A stretch of DNA of 64,000 bases. It comes from Lama guanicoe. Taxonomy: Eukaryota. The DNA is taken from assembly GCA_013239625.1 (NCBI GenBank), contig MU054400.1, forward strand, positions 5,025,802 through 5,089,801, given 5' to 3'. The notes below the pieces were generated by a model that worked only from the letters and a program-made list of their open reading frames with translations, was not told the DNA's origin and did not search any database. The position numbers and the translations under genes are program-made. Each line of letters begins with the position of its first letter. Position 1 is the stretch's first letter. Positions 1 to 13,249 of this stretch are shown here, in pieces.

Positions 1-1208
1 CAATGTTTTTCAACATTTCTAGAAGAGGAGATCTTACTGAGAAAGCTGATGTTTTTCTCTATATTTTCTTTTCCAATTTCTTTATTTTTATTCTGCTGAA
101 CTCTGTAACCCAACTCTATTAATCTAGATCCTATTTCTAGTATGTGAATATTTATAGACATAATAAATTCTATTCCTTCTCCTAATAGAGTTTTAAAAGT
201 TTTGTTACTTTTTATCGTAGCATAACAGAAGTTCCTGTGTGGTCTGATAATGCTTTCATCTTTAAATGTTAAATATTAAGCCAGTTCTTTTTATTTTTAA
301 AGGTTGTATTAGTTGAATTATATCCACAAGAGTGTTCAATAGTTATTTATCTTGGGTCTGTGGCATGCAAAGCACTTCATGGAGTAATAGCCTTTCCTTT
401 TGCATCTGCTATAGTCATACCTTATTTCAAGAGTTGTACTCAAATTCTGCTTTGAGGACCGTGAGTAAACTGGAGTGTGACATGGGTTTATGAGGATTTT
501 AGAAACTGTCATGTGAGAATCAGGTGAAAAAACTGATGTTTGGTTTTTGAAGAGAAGATTTAGGCAGTGTCATGGCAGCCCTCCCAGCCATTCAGAGCTC
601 ATCTATAGAAATCTTGTTCTTCTTGGAAGTGATGGGGAGAAATTTGAGTGAAAGAAGTATATTTCAACAAGGCTGGTACTCCTGCCAGCTTAGAAGTAGA
701 CCTAAAACATGAGTTTGTGTTCTAATTTTCCATCCTTGTATACATTTCCACCACCTTCCAATTCTTAGAATATCTAGGTCAGTGTCTCATGGTAAGAATG
801 GTTTCTGGATAGCATGTTGCCTGTTCAGGGACATATAGAATGTTACATAATTGCATCAGCATTAATACATGATTTTAGCTTTACCAAATAGAATGTAAAC
901 ATGTAAAATGATATTTTGCAGTTTTAGGTACTTAAGTTTTATTACATCAGAATTAAAATACACCTTTCATTTGGTGTGTATGTGTAAGATTTTGTCACTC
1001 CTTAAAATGCAGGACCTGTAATATTGTATAAATCACAGGACCTATGACAGTATAAATTGCCTTGCCAATAAGCAGCAGAATATGGTGTTTCTGAGTGGTG
1101 GAAAGTCTGGTGATGGATATCAGTGTTTGGGAATACAAAGGTAGTTTTTGATGTGTTTCAGTGTTGCCTGTCTCTTTCAACTTATAGGTTTAGGATCTAA
1201 TGCACTTT

Positions 1209-1388
1209 TTTTTAATATACTTTTATTGAAGTATAGTCAGTTTACAATGTTGTGTCAATTTCTGGTGTATAGCCCAATACTTCGGTTATATAGGATCATA
1301 CAAATATTCGTTTTCATATTCTTTTTAACCAAAAGTTACTACAATATATTAAATATAGTTCCCTGTGCTGTAGAGTATAAACTTGTTG
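1209..1388 (-). mobile_element. 5'-truncated L1 3' end with TSD
   Basis: A T-tract followed by ttttattgaagtatagtcagtttacaatgttgtg (L1 3' end in reverse). TAATGCACTTT is duplicated at 1198-1208 and 1389-1399. Confidence 0.85.
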
Positions 1389-1454
1389 TAATGCACTTTC
1401 TGTGTTTTAAATGGGCATTTTTGATCTAGGCTTGGACTGTGCTTCAGGCAATAA

Positions 1455-1660
1455 AGTATAGTTTTAAGAGTCTGGGATCTGAAGTTAGACTGTGTGAATC
1501 CAAATTCCAACTCTGCCATCTAATAACTGTGAACTTAGGGAAGTGTCTTAACCTCTCTGGGCCTGAATTTGCTCATCTGTAGAGTGGAGATGAAAGACCT
1601 GCCTCTTCAGGTAGTGAGGAGTAAATGCACTGATGTGCTCACGGTGCCTAGCAATCTCAT
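1455..1660 (+). mobile_element. MIR SINE
   Basis: MIR core-like ctctgcc...actgtgaacttagggaagtgtcttaacctctctgggcctgaatttgctcatctgtagagtggagat. Confidence 0.8.
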
Positions 1661-2965
1661 AGCAAGGAGTTGTGGGACGCAGTTGCTAATTGTTGTTAAA
1701 GCTACGGTACAAAGATCAAATCCCATCTCAAAGATTTCTGAGTAGTCTGGGAGAGTTCTAAATTGACTGAATCCCCAAAGGGAAAGACTCTGGTCTACCT
1801 GGTTTCTCTAAGGCAGTCTAGAGTCATGTTGCTCACTTGCGATCAACATGCTCTAGGGACGTTTTGGTGAATGGGGTTCTCCTGGACTGCCGTAGTTTGG
1901 ATCTGTTCCCCACCTGGTTTCCTGAACCTCTGAAACGTGGAGCATTTGTGGGGTGGGAGTTCTCTGCTATTTTCTCAGAGGAGCATGGCTGAATGTGCAG
2001 ATGTCCCATAGGAACATGGAACATCAGAGCACCGTGGAAAATTGCACCACCTTATGCTGTAGGAGAAAAGAGAACCTTTGTCTCAAGGGAGGTATAGAAA
2101 AGGACAAGAAAGATTTTAAATTGATGGGGAGACAAAATGGGCTATATCTAAATATCCATGAGTATCATAAAATTACTCAATTTTACATGGTTGATGTATC
2201 CATTCAGCAAGTGTCTATTAAGCATTCATTCACACTGGTTAGCCTTATCTAGGAGAGAGAATGTTAGGAAGCCCTTGGGTTTCATTACCAAGGCTGCTTC
2301 TTAAATCTAGACTGCTCTTTTCCTGGTGGCAGGCTACAGGGGCTCATCCTGGTTTTCTCTCTTCTCAGAACTGCCTCCACCTACCCCTCTCCTGGGATTT
2401 TGGTTTTCCTGAGACTGTCTGCAGATTGGCCACACTTTCCTTAGCTTTTACCTTTTCCTTGTTGCTTCTGAGATTAGGGATTTTCGTGCTAATCCTTATG
2501 GAAAAAAATAGAAAAAGAGAAACAAACGGAGGGTTATTTAAAGATTTGACGTTTTAACAATTACAATGACCAATTCAGTGCTACAATCGTAAACCAAAAG
2601 TGGAACTGGAAGACAAGGTGAGCTTCTGTGTTCTTGATGCTAAGCAGGGCACTCAGTAAACCTATTCTGTCCTATGTACTGCTTCTCTCTCTCCTCTGTG
2701 CCCACTGAAAATCTTTCTTCCTAGCACTGATGGAGATCGAATCCTCCCTGGTCTCAAGTGTTCAGTTCACATTCCCAAGGACCTCCAGATATGATGATAC
2801 TCTTTTTTTTTTTTAATAGTTGTCATTCCTCTGTTTATTGCATTTCCCTCCCCCCTTCATCCCCAACCCCTCATGGTTATTTCTCTGAGATCCATCCCTA
2901 TCTTACCATGCAAATCCCTCCTTTTTACTCTGTTTTAAAGTATACCCAGAATTTTATTTTAATCA

Positions 2966-3442
2966 TGTATAAGATGACAGACATAGAGAGAAACTGCCTT
3001 TAAAAGAAAAGTGTATTTACAGTTCCCAAGAAGAGGGGGCCTGCCATGCAGGGCCACACATGGAGGCACCAGGGTTGGTCAGGAGGCAGAAAGAGTGAGG
3101 GGAAACCACGGGCATGAGCCTTCATTGTGGCACCTGGGGAAAGGCAGGGCAGGGCAGGGCATGGCCAGCAGACAGGGTTGGCTAGTTTGGATCATTTTAG
3201 AGGGCTCTGGGCAATAAGGGTGGTCCCTGGTTGTCTGGTATCTCGCCTTGGGTGATTTAGAGTAGAGGGAATATTGACTTGGTGTGGGAGAGTTAGGTAA
3301 AGGAGGTGGCTGGGGGTGTGGACTCTGGATTGGTTGGTTTGCTTATTAGCTAGCCCCAGAAGGGATTGTCTCTCCAGGATCAGCAGGGCCCCGAGGTCTC
3401 AAAGTGTATAAAGTACAGAAAATCAAAAACATGACTAATACA
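2966..3442. mobile_element. Ancient solo LTR (ERVL class, MER54/MER74-like)
   Basis: A ~480 bp segment bounded by TGTA...TACA that resembles recalled ERVL LTRs. The family assignment is uncertain and I see no clear TSD. Confidence 0.5.
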
Positions 3443-6400
3443 TACCCTTTGCAGTAGAACCGTGCTTATCACGGAGTGGTTCTTTTGGGGGCATTTTCTT
3501 ATTGAATGATACAAAGAATGGTAAAGTAGCTCCCTGTAACCCAAGAGTTTACAGTCTAGCTCAGTAGATAAAGCCTGTACATGTGAAACAGTGACTAGTC
3601 ATGCAAGATGTATTGAAGAGCAATGGTGCAGAACCCAGATAACCACTGGTGGGTGGCAAACTGAGGGTGGTTAAAGTGGAAACATGGGAAACTGCATATC
3701 TCAGCAGACTCAAATGGGAAAATCTAAGGTGGGGCGTTACTGGGGTCAAGCATTGATGAGGTAGGTGTGGTCAGAGTTAAATAAGCAGGGACTCAGAACC
3801 CTAGTGACAGTATCAATGAAATGGCTTGGGATTGTGACTATGGATTCAGCCTTGGAAATTCAGCCCCTTACTCTGGTCAATGCTCAGTAAATATGAGTAT
3901 TGAGTAATTAAGTAATGTGGGGATGAATGGAGTGGGGGGTTGCTTAATCCCCAGTCATGATTAAAAGAAGAATAAAAATATAGTGCAAGATGGACTTAGG
4001 ATAAAATTATTTAATTCAACATATCTAATATTTGGAAACACAATCATTATTCATCAAAAGTATGAAAATAATTAAAGTGTGAAGTTTTAGGTGCATTAAA
4101 CATTGTAAAATTTGAAAAATGCCACAAAACTCCTACCTGTCAAAGTCATCTCTTACTTCTCTCTCATCTTCATTGAACTCTCTCTTTTAAATATTCGAAT
4201 GGGGCAAGAGCTGGGCAGAGATGTACTGTCTATTGTTTGCGCCTACTCCTCCCTTCCCTGAATAATTCTGCCTTCAGGTTTCTGAACCCAGCCTTCAGGA
4301 GTCCCCTCACCCTAGCTGTTATCTGTGATGGACCTCTGTTTTGTTTTCCTAATGACATTGATACAAGGTGGCATGTCTCGGTTTCTTTGTAGGATTGCCC
4401 TACAGCAGAGGCCATGGTTACATGGTGATTAAAAACAGTCTGGTCCGACTGCTTGAGTTCTGCTTGGTAATCTTGGCTACTTAGCCTTTCTGAGCATAAT
4501 TTCCCTCAAAGGGAATAATAAGAATGAAAAAGATTACAAGAGAGTAGGAGAGTGGCAGATACCTAGAAAGCACTCAATAAATACCAATAATTTCTTCTTC
4601 TAAGTAGATCCTCTCGAATAGATGTTTTCAGTGCTTTTTGCTAGTTTCAAGTTTTCACAAATGCACTTTAAAAAACAAACTGACAAGTAAACTTATTTAT
4701 GCCTGTATAATGGAAAATTGTCTGGATATGCAAAAATCTTGTTCCCTAAGCAAGATGACAAAGGCCAAGGGAGGAGGGAAGGGTAAAGGATTATAGGAGG
4801 ACACAGTCCAACTTGATAGCAGAGGTGTCTCTGCCACGGGCCATGCTCTAACCCTTTCATTCTTCATTGTCTTCTATGTTTTTACCAGTTTTGACACAGA
4901 AAGGCTATTTTCTAATTTTAAAATGTAGGCATTTGGTCAAACAAGTCAGTGTAGATTAAGACACATCTCCTGAGGAGGAATCAGATGTTGAAGTTCGGGA
5001 GGTGAAGCAGCTTCCCGTGCCTTCCCTGGCCAGCCTCCCTGGACAAGTGGACTTCTTGAGGGAGGAGTCGAGGAGTGAACTCTCCTTTTCTTTGTAACTG
5101 TAATGAGTTCTCCCAGGAATCCTTTTCCGATCATTCCACTATAATTTAGCTTAAGTGGCACTTTTAAGAAAACTGAAACAAGCTCTACTTTGCAGGCAAG
5201 CAGCAATCAAAGGGATAAATTCTTTCCTCTTTGAAAATGGAGTGAAATCACTTCCAATATGATCTTTGCAACCCAATGCCTGCTGGTAATGTGAGCATAA
5301 ACACATTAGGCACCAAAGAGGAATGGCATCTGGATGCTGAGATGTGATCAGAATAGCCAGAGTAAACACAGGCTGCCGTCAGGGAAGCTGAATTCCATCA
5401 TACCACATCATGCTGAAGCATAATTCAGTGTAGTCATAGACTGATGTGAGTAAAATCAGTTTTTGTTTTTAGTGTTCACATTGTAGACCTCTCCCCCCCA
5501 CCCCCCTTGACTGGTTGGTTATAATATATACATCAAGCCACAGCTGACAGTGATTTACTCTCTTTATCCGGGGAAAGGTCTTTGACTCTGATTCTGACTT
5601 GGCTTCACTGCATTGATCTTCATCACAAGCACTTTTTGTAATTCCCACAACAACATTAACTCCAGTTGTTGTTGTGTGGGGTTTTTTTTTTTTTTGGATA
5701 TACATATCACAATAGGGTCTTTCATTACATGATCACAAATTATATGCAGTCACTCTGATATGCTTCATGAAAGCAGTAAATTTAAAGAAAAGAGAGACTA
5801 TTTGAAACTTGAGACCAGAGAGCACAGTTTATCTTATTTACAGTTTGGCTTAAAGATTGGTATTTAAGTTAATATCATACCACATGTGGTAATCCTGCAA
5901 AGTGCTACATATTTTTATTTATAGTTAAGGGAATAAAGCAAAATCCCCTTTTCATTATGTTATCTTGCATTATTTACTCAGTGATAAACGAGGTTGCCTC
6001 ACGGGTATGAGTTTTGCAATGAAAGACCCTATTGTAGCATATATTTATACGGGGGAAGGGGTAGGTTGTTAGAGTTATGGTTCCGGAGGGAATTTAAACT
6101 CTGAATATCCTGGTACTTGTTCAGTTAAAACATATAGCTTAATGTTGTTTTAACACTGTATTTTTAGTTGAAGTAAAAAAAAAATAAAAAGGAGTGAACA
6201 AAGGGAGAAAGCTTAAATTTGAAATGCTTGAAACTAAATAAAGTGACTGAAGGCATACCAGCATATCCCGAACTCAAAGATGAAACCCGTACCAGAAATA
6301 ATGGTGATCCTTTGACTGGCTTGCTTCTGCTATTTAAAAATTACTTCAACTTTAAAGTTTATTAACTGTTTAAGGGCAAATGATTTCTATTAAAGTGGGG

Positions 6401-6754
6401 AGACAGAAAAGTGAGGAGCTGAAAGAAAAGTTCTGAGGGACCAGAGAGTTTAATAGCTGCTCAAACCTTTGAGTAGAAAACCTGTTCCATCCTGTTTAAG
6501 TTTGTCTAATATTCATAAGAATTTATACTGAAGAAGGATAGAGCTAGATATTTTGGAGGGAGAGTTAGTCTTTTAGAATGTATTTGTTTTGAAATAGAAT
6601 TTTTTAAGACAAATGAGAGGAAATACCGATTTAAAATAAAATAGAAATTAGTTCAAGCTTCACTCATTCAGAATTTTGAGTAATTTAACCAGAAAAAATC
6701 TGCGATTTTGCTAAGTATGAAAGAAAGATTTCCTGAAAAATTGTAAAATAAAAA

Positions 6755-6882
6755 GGGGAGGATATAGCTCAGTGGTAGAGTGCATGCTTAGCATGCATGA
6801 GGTTCTAGGTTCAATCCCCAGTACCTCTATTTAAATAAATAAGTAAATAAATAGATAAAATAAATAAACCTAATCCCTCCCC
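6755..6882 (+). mobile_element. tRNA-Ala-derived SINE (Vic-1-like)
   Basis: GGGGAGGATATAGCTCAGTGGTAGAG...GGTTCAATCCCCAGTACCTC with A/B boxes and a (TAAA)n tail. TSD AAAAATT(G/A)TAAAATAA lies at 6736-6751 and 6883-6898. Confidence 0.9.
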
Positions 6883-6954
6883 AAAAATTATAAAATAAGA
6901 TAATATTTAGGACTAATATATTTGGGGCTTCCCCCTACCCCCCACCAATTCACT

Positions 6955-7245
6955 GAGCATTTAAAAGTTATCACTCCATTGTTTTCTGGGCCTCCATTGT
7001 TTCTGATGAGAAGTCAAGTGACATTCTGATGAGACGTCAGCCATCATTTGTGTTATTATCATCCTGCATGTAATGTCATTTTGTTCTGGATACTTTCAAC
7101 TTTTTTGTTTGTTTTCAGCAATTTGATTATGATGTGCCTAGATGTGGTTTCCTTTGCATTTATCCTATTTGGGCTTTTTCAGATTCTTGAATCTTTAGAT
7201 TTATATCACTCAGCAAATTTGGAAAATTTTAACTATTCTAAATAT
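6955..7245 (-). mobile_element. Old L1 fragment (ORF1 region); appears to continue after ~11400
   Basis: Reverse-strand L1 ORF1-like sequence: ttctgatgagaagtc...gattatgatgtgcctagatgtggtttcc. Confidence 0.6.
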
Positions 7246-8325
7246 AAATGGTTTCTTTTAGAACACTTTTAGATTTACTAAAAAAGTTGCAAAGATAGTA
7301 TAAAATGAGAATATGCATATCACCCAGCTTCCCCTAATGGTATACATAATATATACATAATAATCATGGTATATTTGTTAAACTATAGAAGTAACATTGG
7401 TACAATGCTATTACTCACAAGTAATTTTACAGTTTTTCTATTAATGTTCTCCCCCCCTCCCCTGTTTCAGGATCCAGTCTAGGATACCACATTACATTCT
7501 ATTTTCATATCCCAAGCCTCCTCCAATCTGTCACAGTTTTAAAGATTTTCCCTGCTTTCCTTTCCATGCCTTGATATTTTTGAAAAGTACTAATCAAGTA
7601 TTTTTTAGAATGTCCTTCAATGTGGAGTTTGTCTGGGGTTTCTTATGATTAGACTGAGATTATGGATTTGGGGGAGAATTCTGCAGAGGTAAATCACCCT
7701 TCTTATCAAATCAAATCAGGCAATAATGATATTGATATGACTTAGGACTGGTGATATTAAACTTGATAATGTGGTTAAGTTTATGTCTGCAGGTTTCTCT
7801 GCTGTAAACTTAGTATTTTTCCTTTTCCATTCTCTATTCTTTGGAAGCAAGTCAGTAAATACAGTTTATACTCAAGGGGAGGGAAATTAAGTTCTGCCTC
7901 TTGGGAGAGATAATTCCTACATCTAATATTTGAAATTCTTTTGTAAGGAAGTTGTATCTATCCCACTGCCCCCCTGCCTATGTATTAATCTTTTGTTTAT
8001 ATTAGAATAGAGTCATAGGTACTTATTTTATTCTTTGGGTTCTAATCCAATACTATCATTACTTATTTTCTTGCTCAGGTTGTTCCAGCTTTGGCCCTTG
8101 GAAACTCAGTTGGTTCCTGTGTCCTTTTGAGATGCCCCTACCTCCTCCTCCTCCTTCTTTTTTTTAAACATCCTTACTTTCTGGGCCTGTATGATGCTCC
8201 AGGCTCATCTTGGATTTTCCCTGTCCCAGTGCTAGAATTAGCCCTTTCTCCGAGGAGGCCTGGTTTCTATTATTGGAAAAAGTATTTAGAAACCATGATC
8301 TGGGTGTTGGTTGTTCTCACCTTAC
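7246..8325 (-). mobile_element. L1MC/MD-type 3' UTR fragment
   Basis: Contains ttttagatttactaaaaaagttgcaaagatagta, caggatccagtctaggataccacattaca and gatgctccaggctcatcttg, which are typical of old L1M 3' ends. Confidence 0.65.
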
Positions 8326-8327
8326 AC

Positions 8328-11300
8328 TATTTTTTACTGAAATAAAATTAATATATAACATTACAGTTGCTCCTTAAAAAACATGAGTTTGAACTGTGCA
8401 GATTGAACATGCAGGTGTTTTTCAATAAATATGTACCACAGTGCTACATGATCTGCAGTTGGTTGGATCTGCTGATGCGGAACCGTGGATACAGAGTGCT
8501 GTATTTTCATGGATTTTCAACTGCACAGGGGGTTGGCGCCCCTAACCCTGCTTTGTTCAAGGATCAACTGTTTCTTGATTTCAGGTGTACAATATAATAA
8601 TTTGATATTTGTATACATTACAAAGTGATCATCGCAATAAGTCTAGTTACCATCTGTCACTATACAGTTGGCCCCCTTCACCCTTTTTGTCCACCCCAAC
8701 ACACTACCTCACTGATAACCTGCCAGTCTGTTTTCTGTATCTTTTAGTTTAGTTTATATTTGTTTTGTTTTTTAAGATTCCACAAATAAGTGAAATCATA
8801 CAGTATTGGTCTTTCAATGACTGACTTTCATTACTTAGCATAATACCTTCAGGGTCCATCCATGTTGTCAAAAATGACAAGATTTCCTTCTTTGTTTATG
8901 GCTGAGTAGCATTACATTGTGTTTGTATATGTGTATATATATATATCCTCTTTATACATTTATCCATCAGTGGATACTTAAGATTGTTTCCATATCTTGG
9001 CTAATGTATATAATGCTGCAAGGAACATAGTGGGTGAATATATCTTTTCAAATTAGTGTTTTCATTTCCTTTGGATAAGCACACAGAAGTGGAATTGCTG
9101 GATCATATGGTAGTTCTATTTTTAATGTTTTCAGGAACCTCCATACTGTTTTCCATAGTGGTTGTGCTAATTTACATTCCCACCAACAGTGTAGGAAGGT
9201 TCCCATCTCTCTACAACCTCTCCAACATTTGTTATTTCTTTTCTTTTTTGATAATAGCCATTCTGACAGGTGTAGACCAGCTCATTGTGGTTTTGATATG
9301 AATTTCCCTGATGATTAGTGATGTTGAGCATCTTTTCATGTGCCTGTTGGCTATCTGTATGTCTGCTTTGGAAAAATGTCTATTCAGATGCTCTAGCCAA
9401 TTTTTAGTCAAAATTTTTTGGTTGCTACGGAGTTGGATGAGTTCTTTATATATTTTGAATACTAGCCCTTTATCGGATGTATGATTAGCAAATAACTTCT
9501 CCCACTCCGTAGGTTGCTGTTTTGTTTTGCTGATGGTTTCCTTCTCTGTGTGGAGCTTTTTAGTTTGGTATAGTCCTATTTGTTTATTTTTGCTTTTGTC
9601 ACCAGTATCTTTGGAGTAAGATTCAAAAAAATATTACTTAAAGTGATGTTAAAGATCATACCACCTATGTTTTCTTTTAGGAGTTTTATCATTTCTCACT
9701 TTACATTCAAGTCTTTAATCTGTTTTGAGTTAGTTTTTGTGTATGATGTAAGTTAGTGGTCCAGTTTCATTCTTTTGCATGTGGCCGTCCAGTTTTCCTA
9801 ACACCAGTTATTGAAAAATGTTTTTAGTACTTTTATATTGTATGTATGTTGTATATTCTTCTTTGTCAAAAGTTAATTGGCCATATATGTGTGGATTTAT
9901 TTCTGGGCTCTCTATCCTGTTCCTTTGGTCTATGTGTCTGTTTTTATGCCAGTGTCATACTATTTTGATTACTGTAGCTTTGTAGTGTAGTTTGAAATCA
10001 GGGAGTGTGCTACCTCCAGCCTTTTTCTTTTTTCTCAAGATTGCTTTAGCTATTCAGGGCATTTTGTGGTTTCATACAAAGTTTAGAATTATTTACTCTA
10101 GTTTTGTGAAAAATGTAATTTTGATAGAGATTGCAGTGAATTTGTAGCTTGCTTTGGGTGGTATGCACATTTTAATAATTAAATGAGCTTGGAATATCTT
10201 TCCATTTGTTTGTGTTGTCTTCAATTTCTTTCATCAGTGTGGCATAGTTTTCATTGTATAGGTTTTTTACCTCCTTGGTTAAAATTTATTTTGAGTTAAT
10301 TTTTTTTTCTTTTTGATGCAGTTGTAATGGGATTGTTTTCTTAACTTCTCTTTCTGATAGTTTGTTATTACTATATAGAAATGCAACAGATTTCTGTGTA
10401 TTGACTTTGTATCCTGCAGCTTTATTGAATTCATTTATTAGTTCGAAGAGTTTTTGGTGGAGTCTTTTGGGTTTTTTCTATATTAAGTATGTCATCTGGA
10501 AATAATAACAGTTTTCCTTCTTCCTTTCTTATTTGGATACATTTTATTGCTTTTTCTTACCTAAATACTATGAACTTCCAATACTAGGTTGAACTAAAGT
10601 AGCAAGAGTAGACATCCTTGTATTGTATTGTTCCTGATCTTTGAGGAAAAGCTTTTAGCTTTTCATTGTTAAGTATGATGTTAACTGTGATTTTGTCATA
10701 TATGGCCTTTATCATGTTGAAGTATGTTCTCTCTATCCCTATTTTGTTGAGAGTGTTGTTGTCGTAAATGGATGTTAAATTTTGTCAGATGCTTTTTCTG
10801 CATTTTTTTAGGTGAATGTCGAATTTTTATATTTCATTTTGTTAATGTGTATCACTTTGATTTGTGGATGTTGAACCATCCTTGGATCTCTGGAATAAGT
10901 CCCATTTGACCATGGTGTATGATCCTTTTAATGTATTGTTGGATTTCGGTTGCTATTTTGTTGGGGGTTTTGCTTCTATGTTCATCAGGGATATTGGCTT
11001 GTAACTTTTCTTTTTCTGTGGTGTCCTTGTCTGGTTTTGGTATTAGGGTGATGCTGGCATCATAAAATGAACTTGGAAGTGTTCCCTCCTCTTCAGTTTT
11101 TTGGAACAGTTTGAGAAGGATATGATTAAATCTTCTTTGAATGTTTGGTAGAATTCACCATTGAAGCCATCTGGTCCTGGACTTTCATTTGTTGGGAGGT
11201 TTTTGATTACTGATTCAATCGCCTTACCTATATTAAATTAGTCTACTCACATTTCGTATTTCTTCATGAGTTAGTGTTGGAAGATTGTTTGTTTCTAGGA

Positions 11301-11400
11301 ATTTATCTATTTTTTTCTGAAGTGTCCAGTTTGTTGGCATGTAATTGTTCATAGTAGTCTCTTATGATCCTTTTTATTTCTTTGTTATCAGTTATAACTT
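8328..11400 (-). mobile_element. 5'-truncated L1 (3' UTR plus decayed ORF2 C-terminal/RT region)
   Basis: Contains the 3' end tttttactgaaataaaatt...tttcaggtgtacaa and canonical reverse ORF2 motifs (ggaattgctggatcatatggtag; catcagggatattggc; gtagaattcaccattgaagccatctggtcctgg). Confidence 0.9.
8364..8570. mobile_element. Tigger2-type non-autonomous Tc1/mariner DNA transposon
   Basis: Terminal inverted repeats CAGTTGCTCCTTAAAAAA / TTGTTCAAGGATCAACTG, with TA immediately 5'. Confidence 0.85.
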
Positions 11401-12300
11401 CTCTCTATATGAATATTTTCAAGTTCATTTACTCTGTTTTATAGTCTCTAATCTGCTATTAAACTCCAGTGAATTTTTGTATTTTTTTTTAGTAATTTAT
11501 ATTTCTCTGATGAGTTTTCCTTGTAGTTCATTTATTACAGCATTTATGTCCTGAATTTTAATACTAATAGCTGCTTTCAGATTCTTGTCTGATAATACTA
11601 ATATTTGGGTCCACCTAAGTCGGTTTCCCTTCATTGCTTTTTCTTTGAATATGGATCATGTTTTCTTGTTTCTTTTCATGTCTAATGATTTAGGATTTTA
11701 TTTTGGACATTGTGTTGATATTTTATAGAAACTCTGGATTCCTTATGGTCCTCTGAGCAGATTAATGTTTTGTTTCAGCAGGCAATTAACTTGATTGAAC
11801 TCAGACTTCCAATTTTACCTTCCCTGCAATGGACAGCAGCAGAAATCTCAATTCAGTTCATTTAGCCATAGTGAACTGTTTGGTTTGCCCCTATCATGCA
11901 GGGGTTCAAGGGTTAATTAGAAAATTGGGCAGTTTTTATGTAGAATATTGGGCTCTCACCCTTTCTGAAGTTTTCCTTCTTTAGTTTACAGCTGTTGAGT
12001 CAGTTCTGAACTCGGCTCTCTGATTCCTTACCAGTAAGACTGCAGATTTCAGTCTGAATTTTATAGCTCTTCTGCAGAGCACCTACCAGGGCCTACCCTC
12101 AGATGAAAAACAACAAAACAGAAAACTCAGTGCCATTCTCTTCTCCTAGGTGTCAGCTTCCTACAGCTTCTGTCAGCTTTTTGCTCATTCTCATGTGCCT
12201 ATGGATTTTTTTTGTCGTTGTCTAGAGTTTATAATTGCTGTCCTCTGGGAGGATTGGTCTGATGTAACTACTCCACTATTACCAGAAGTGACACTCCCCT
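11401..12300 (-). mobile_element. Old L1 fragment (ORF1/5' region)
   Basis: Contains tctaatctgctattaaactccagtgaatt and tagctgctttcagattcttgtctgataatactaatatttggg. Confidence 0.55.
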
Positions 12301-13249
12301 TCACGTAAGAGGAAGAATAATATTAGTTAAATAATCAAACAAACAAATGTAAAGCTAAAACTGTATTGTGCTGTGAAGAAGTGCACAGTGGCATAAAACC
12401 TAATAGTAGGGAATTTTGACTTAATCAGTGAGGTCAGGAAAGTTTTCCTTGAGGACACAGTGGGGAGAGTAAAGAATTACTAGACAAAAAAAATTGAAGA
12501 TGATTGCACATATTTGTTGAATGAGTGAATGAATAATATAATCCAGCTTTCTCTGCATCTTGGCTTCTTTCTTTGCACATATTCTTATCCTCTCAATCTT
12601 CAATCATCTCTCCAGGCTTCTGTGATGATGGACAGTCTCCATAGCTGTGGTGCCTATAATGTCATTCAGTGAAGCATGTCCTTCATGAAAACTTCTTGAG
12701 CCAAGGCACTTATGGGTATGGACTGTTTAAGTGGCATAGCAGAGTCCATGGTCTTCTGTTCCGTATGACTGACTGAGTTAAAAGGAAATCCCTTTCCAAA
12801 TTCAAGCATTTCGAAATGTTGGGTAAAATATAGCCATATATATTGAATTTGTACAAATTCAAAACCAAAAAAGAGTTATCCTAGTTGAGCAAAATGTAGA
12901 GGGAATGTAAAGTCAGTATGATAAATAGCTTAACCTGAGAGTCTCTCACAAAGGAATATATAGGCCTTATATATAAATATAGGCCTTAGTAGCTAGGCGT
13001 AGGGGTAGGAGTAAGGGGAGACCAGATCTCTATGAAGAAAGGGATACCCAACCATGGACCTAGTACATAGGGGGAACTAAAAACTGAGTTATCTGCATAA
13101 AGCCAGAAGCCATGAGGGAGTGATCCCTATGTTCAATGGAGAAAGAAAATCCCATTACATTATCCAATAGAGAGGCAAAGAAATCTGTCGTCTGCTCAGG
13201 ACTATACAGGGAAAGAATTCCTGAGCCGTCAGACTGAAGGAGCACACTG

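Noticed and set aside
6755..6829. tRNA-Ala(AGC) gene
   Set aside because: It has stem mismatches, an AT-rich SINE tail and TSDs, and related copies occur at 30724 and 55233. It is a SINE, not a tRNA gene.
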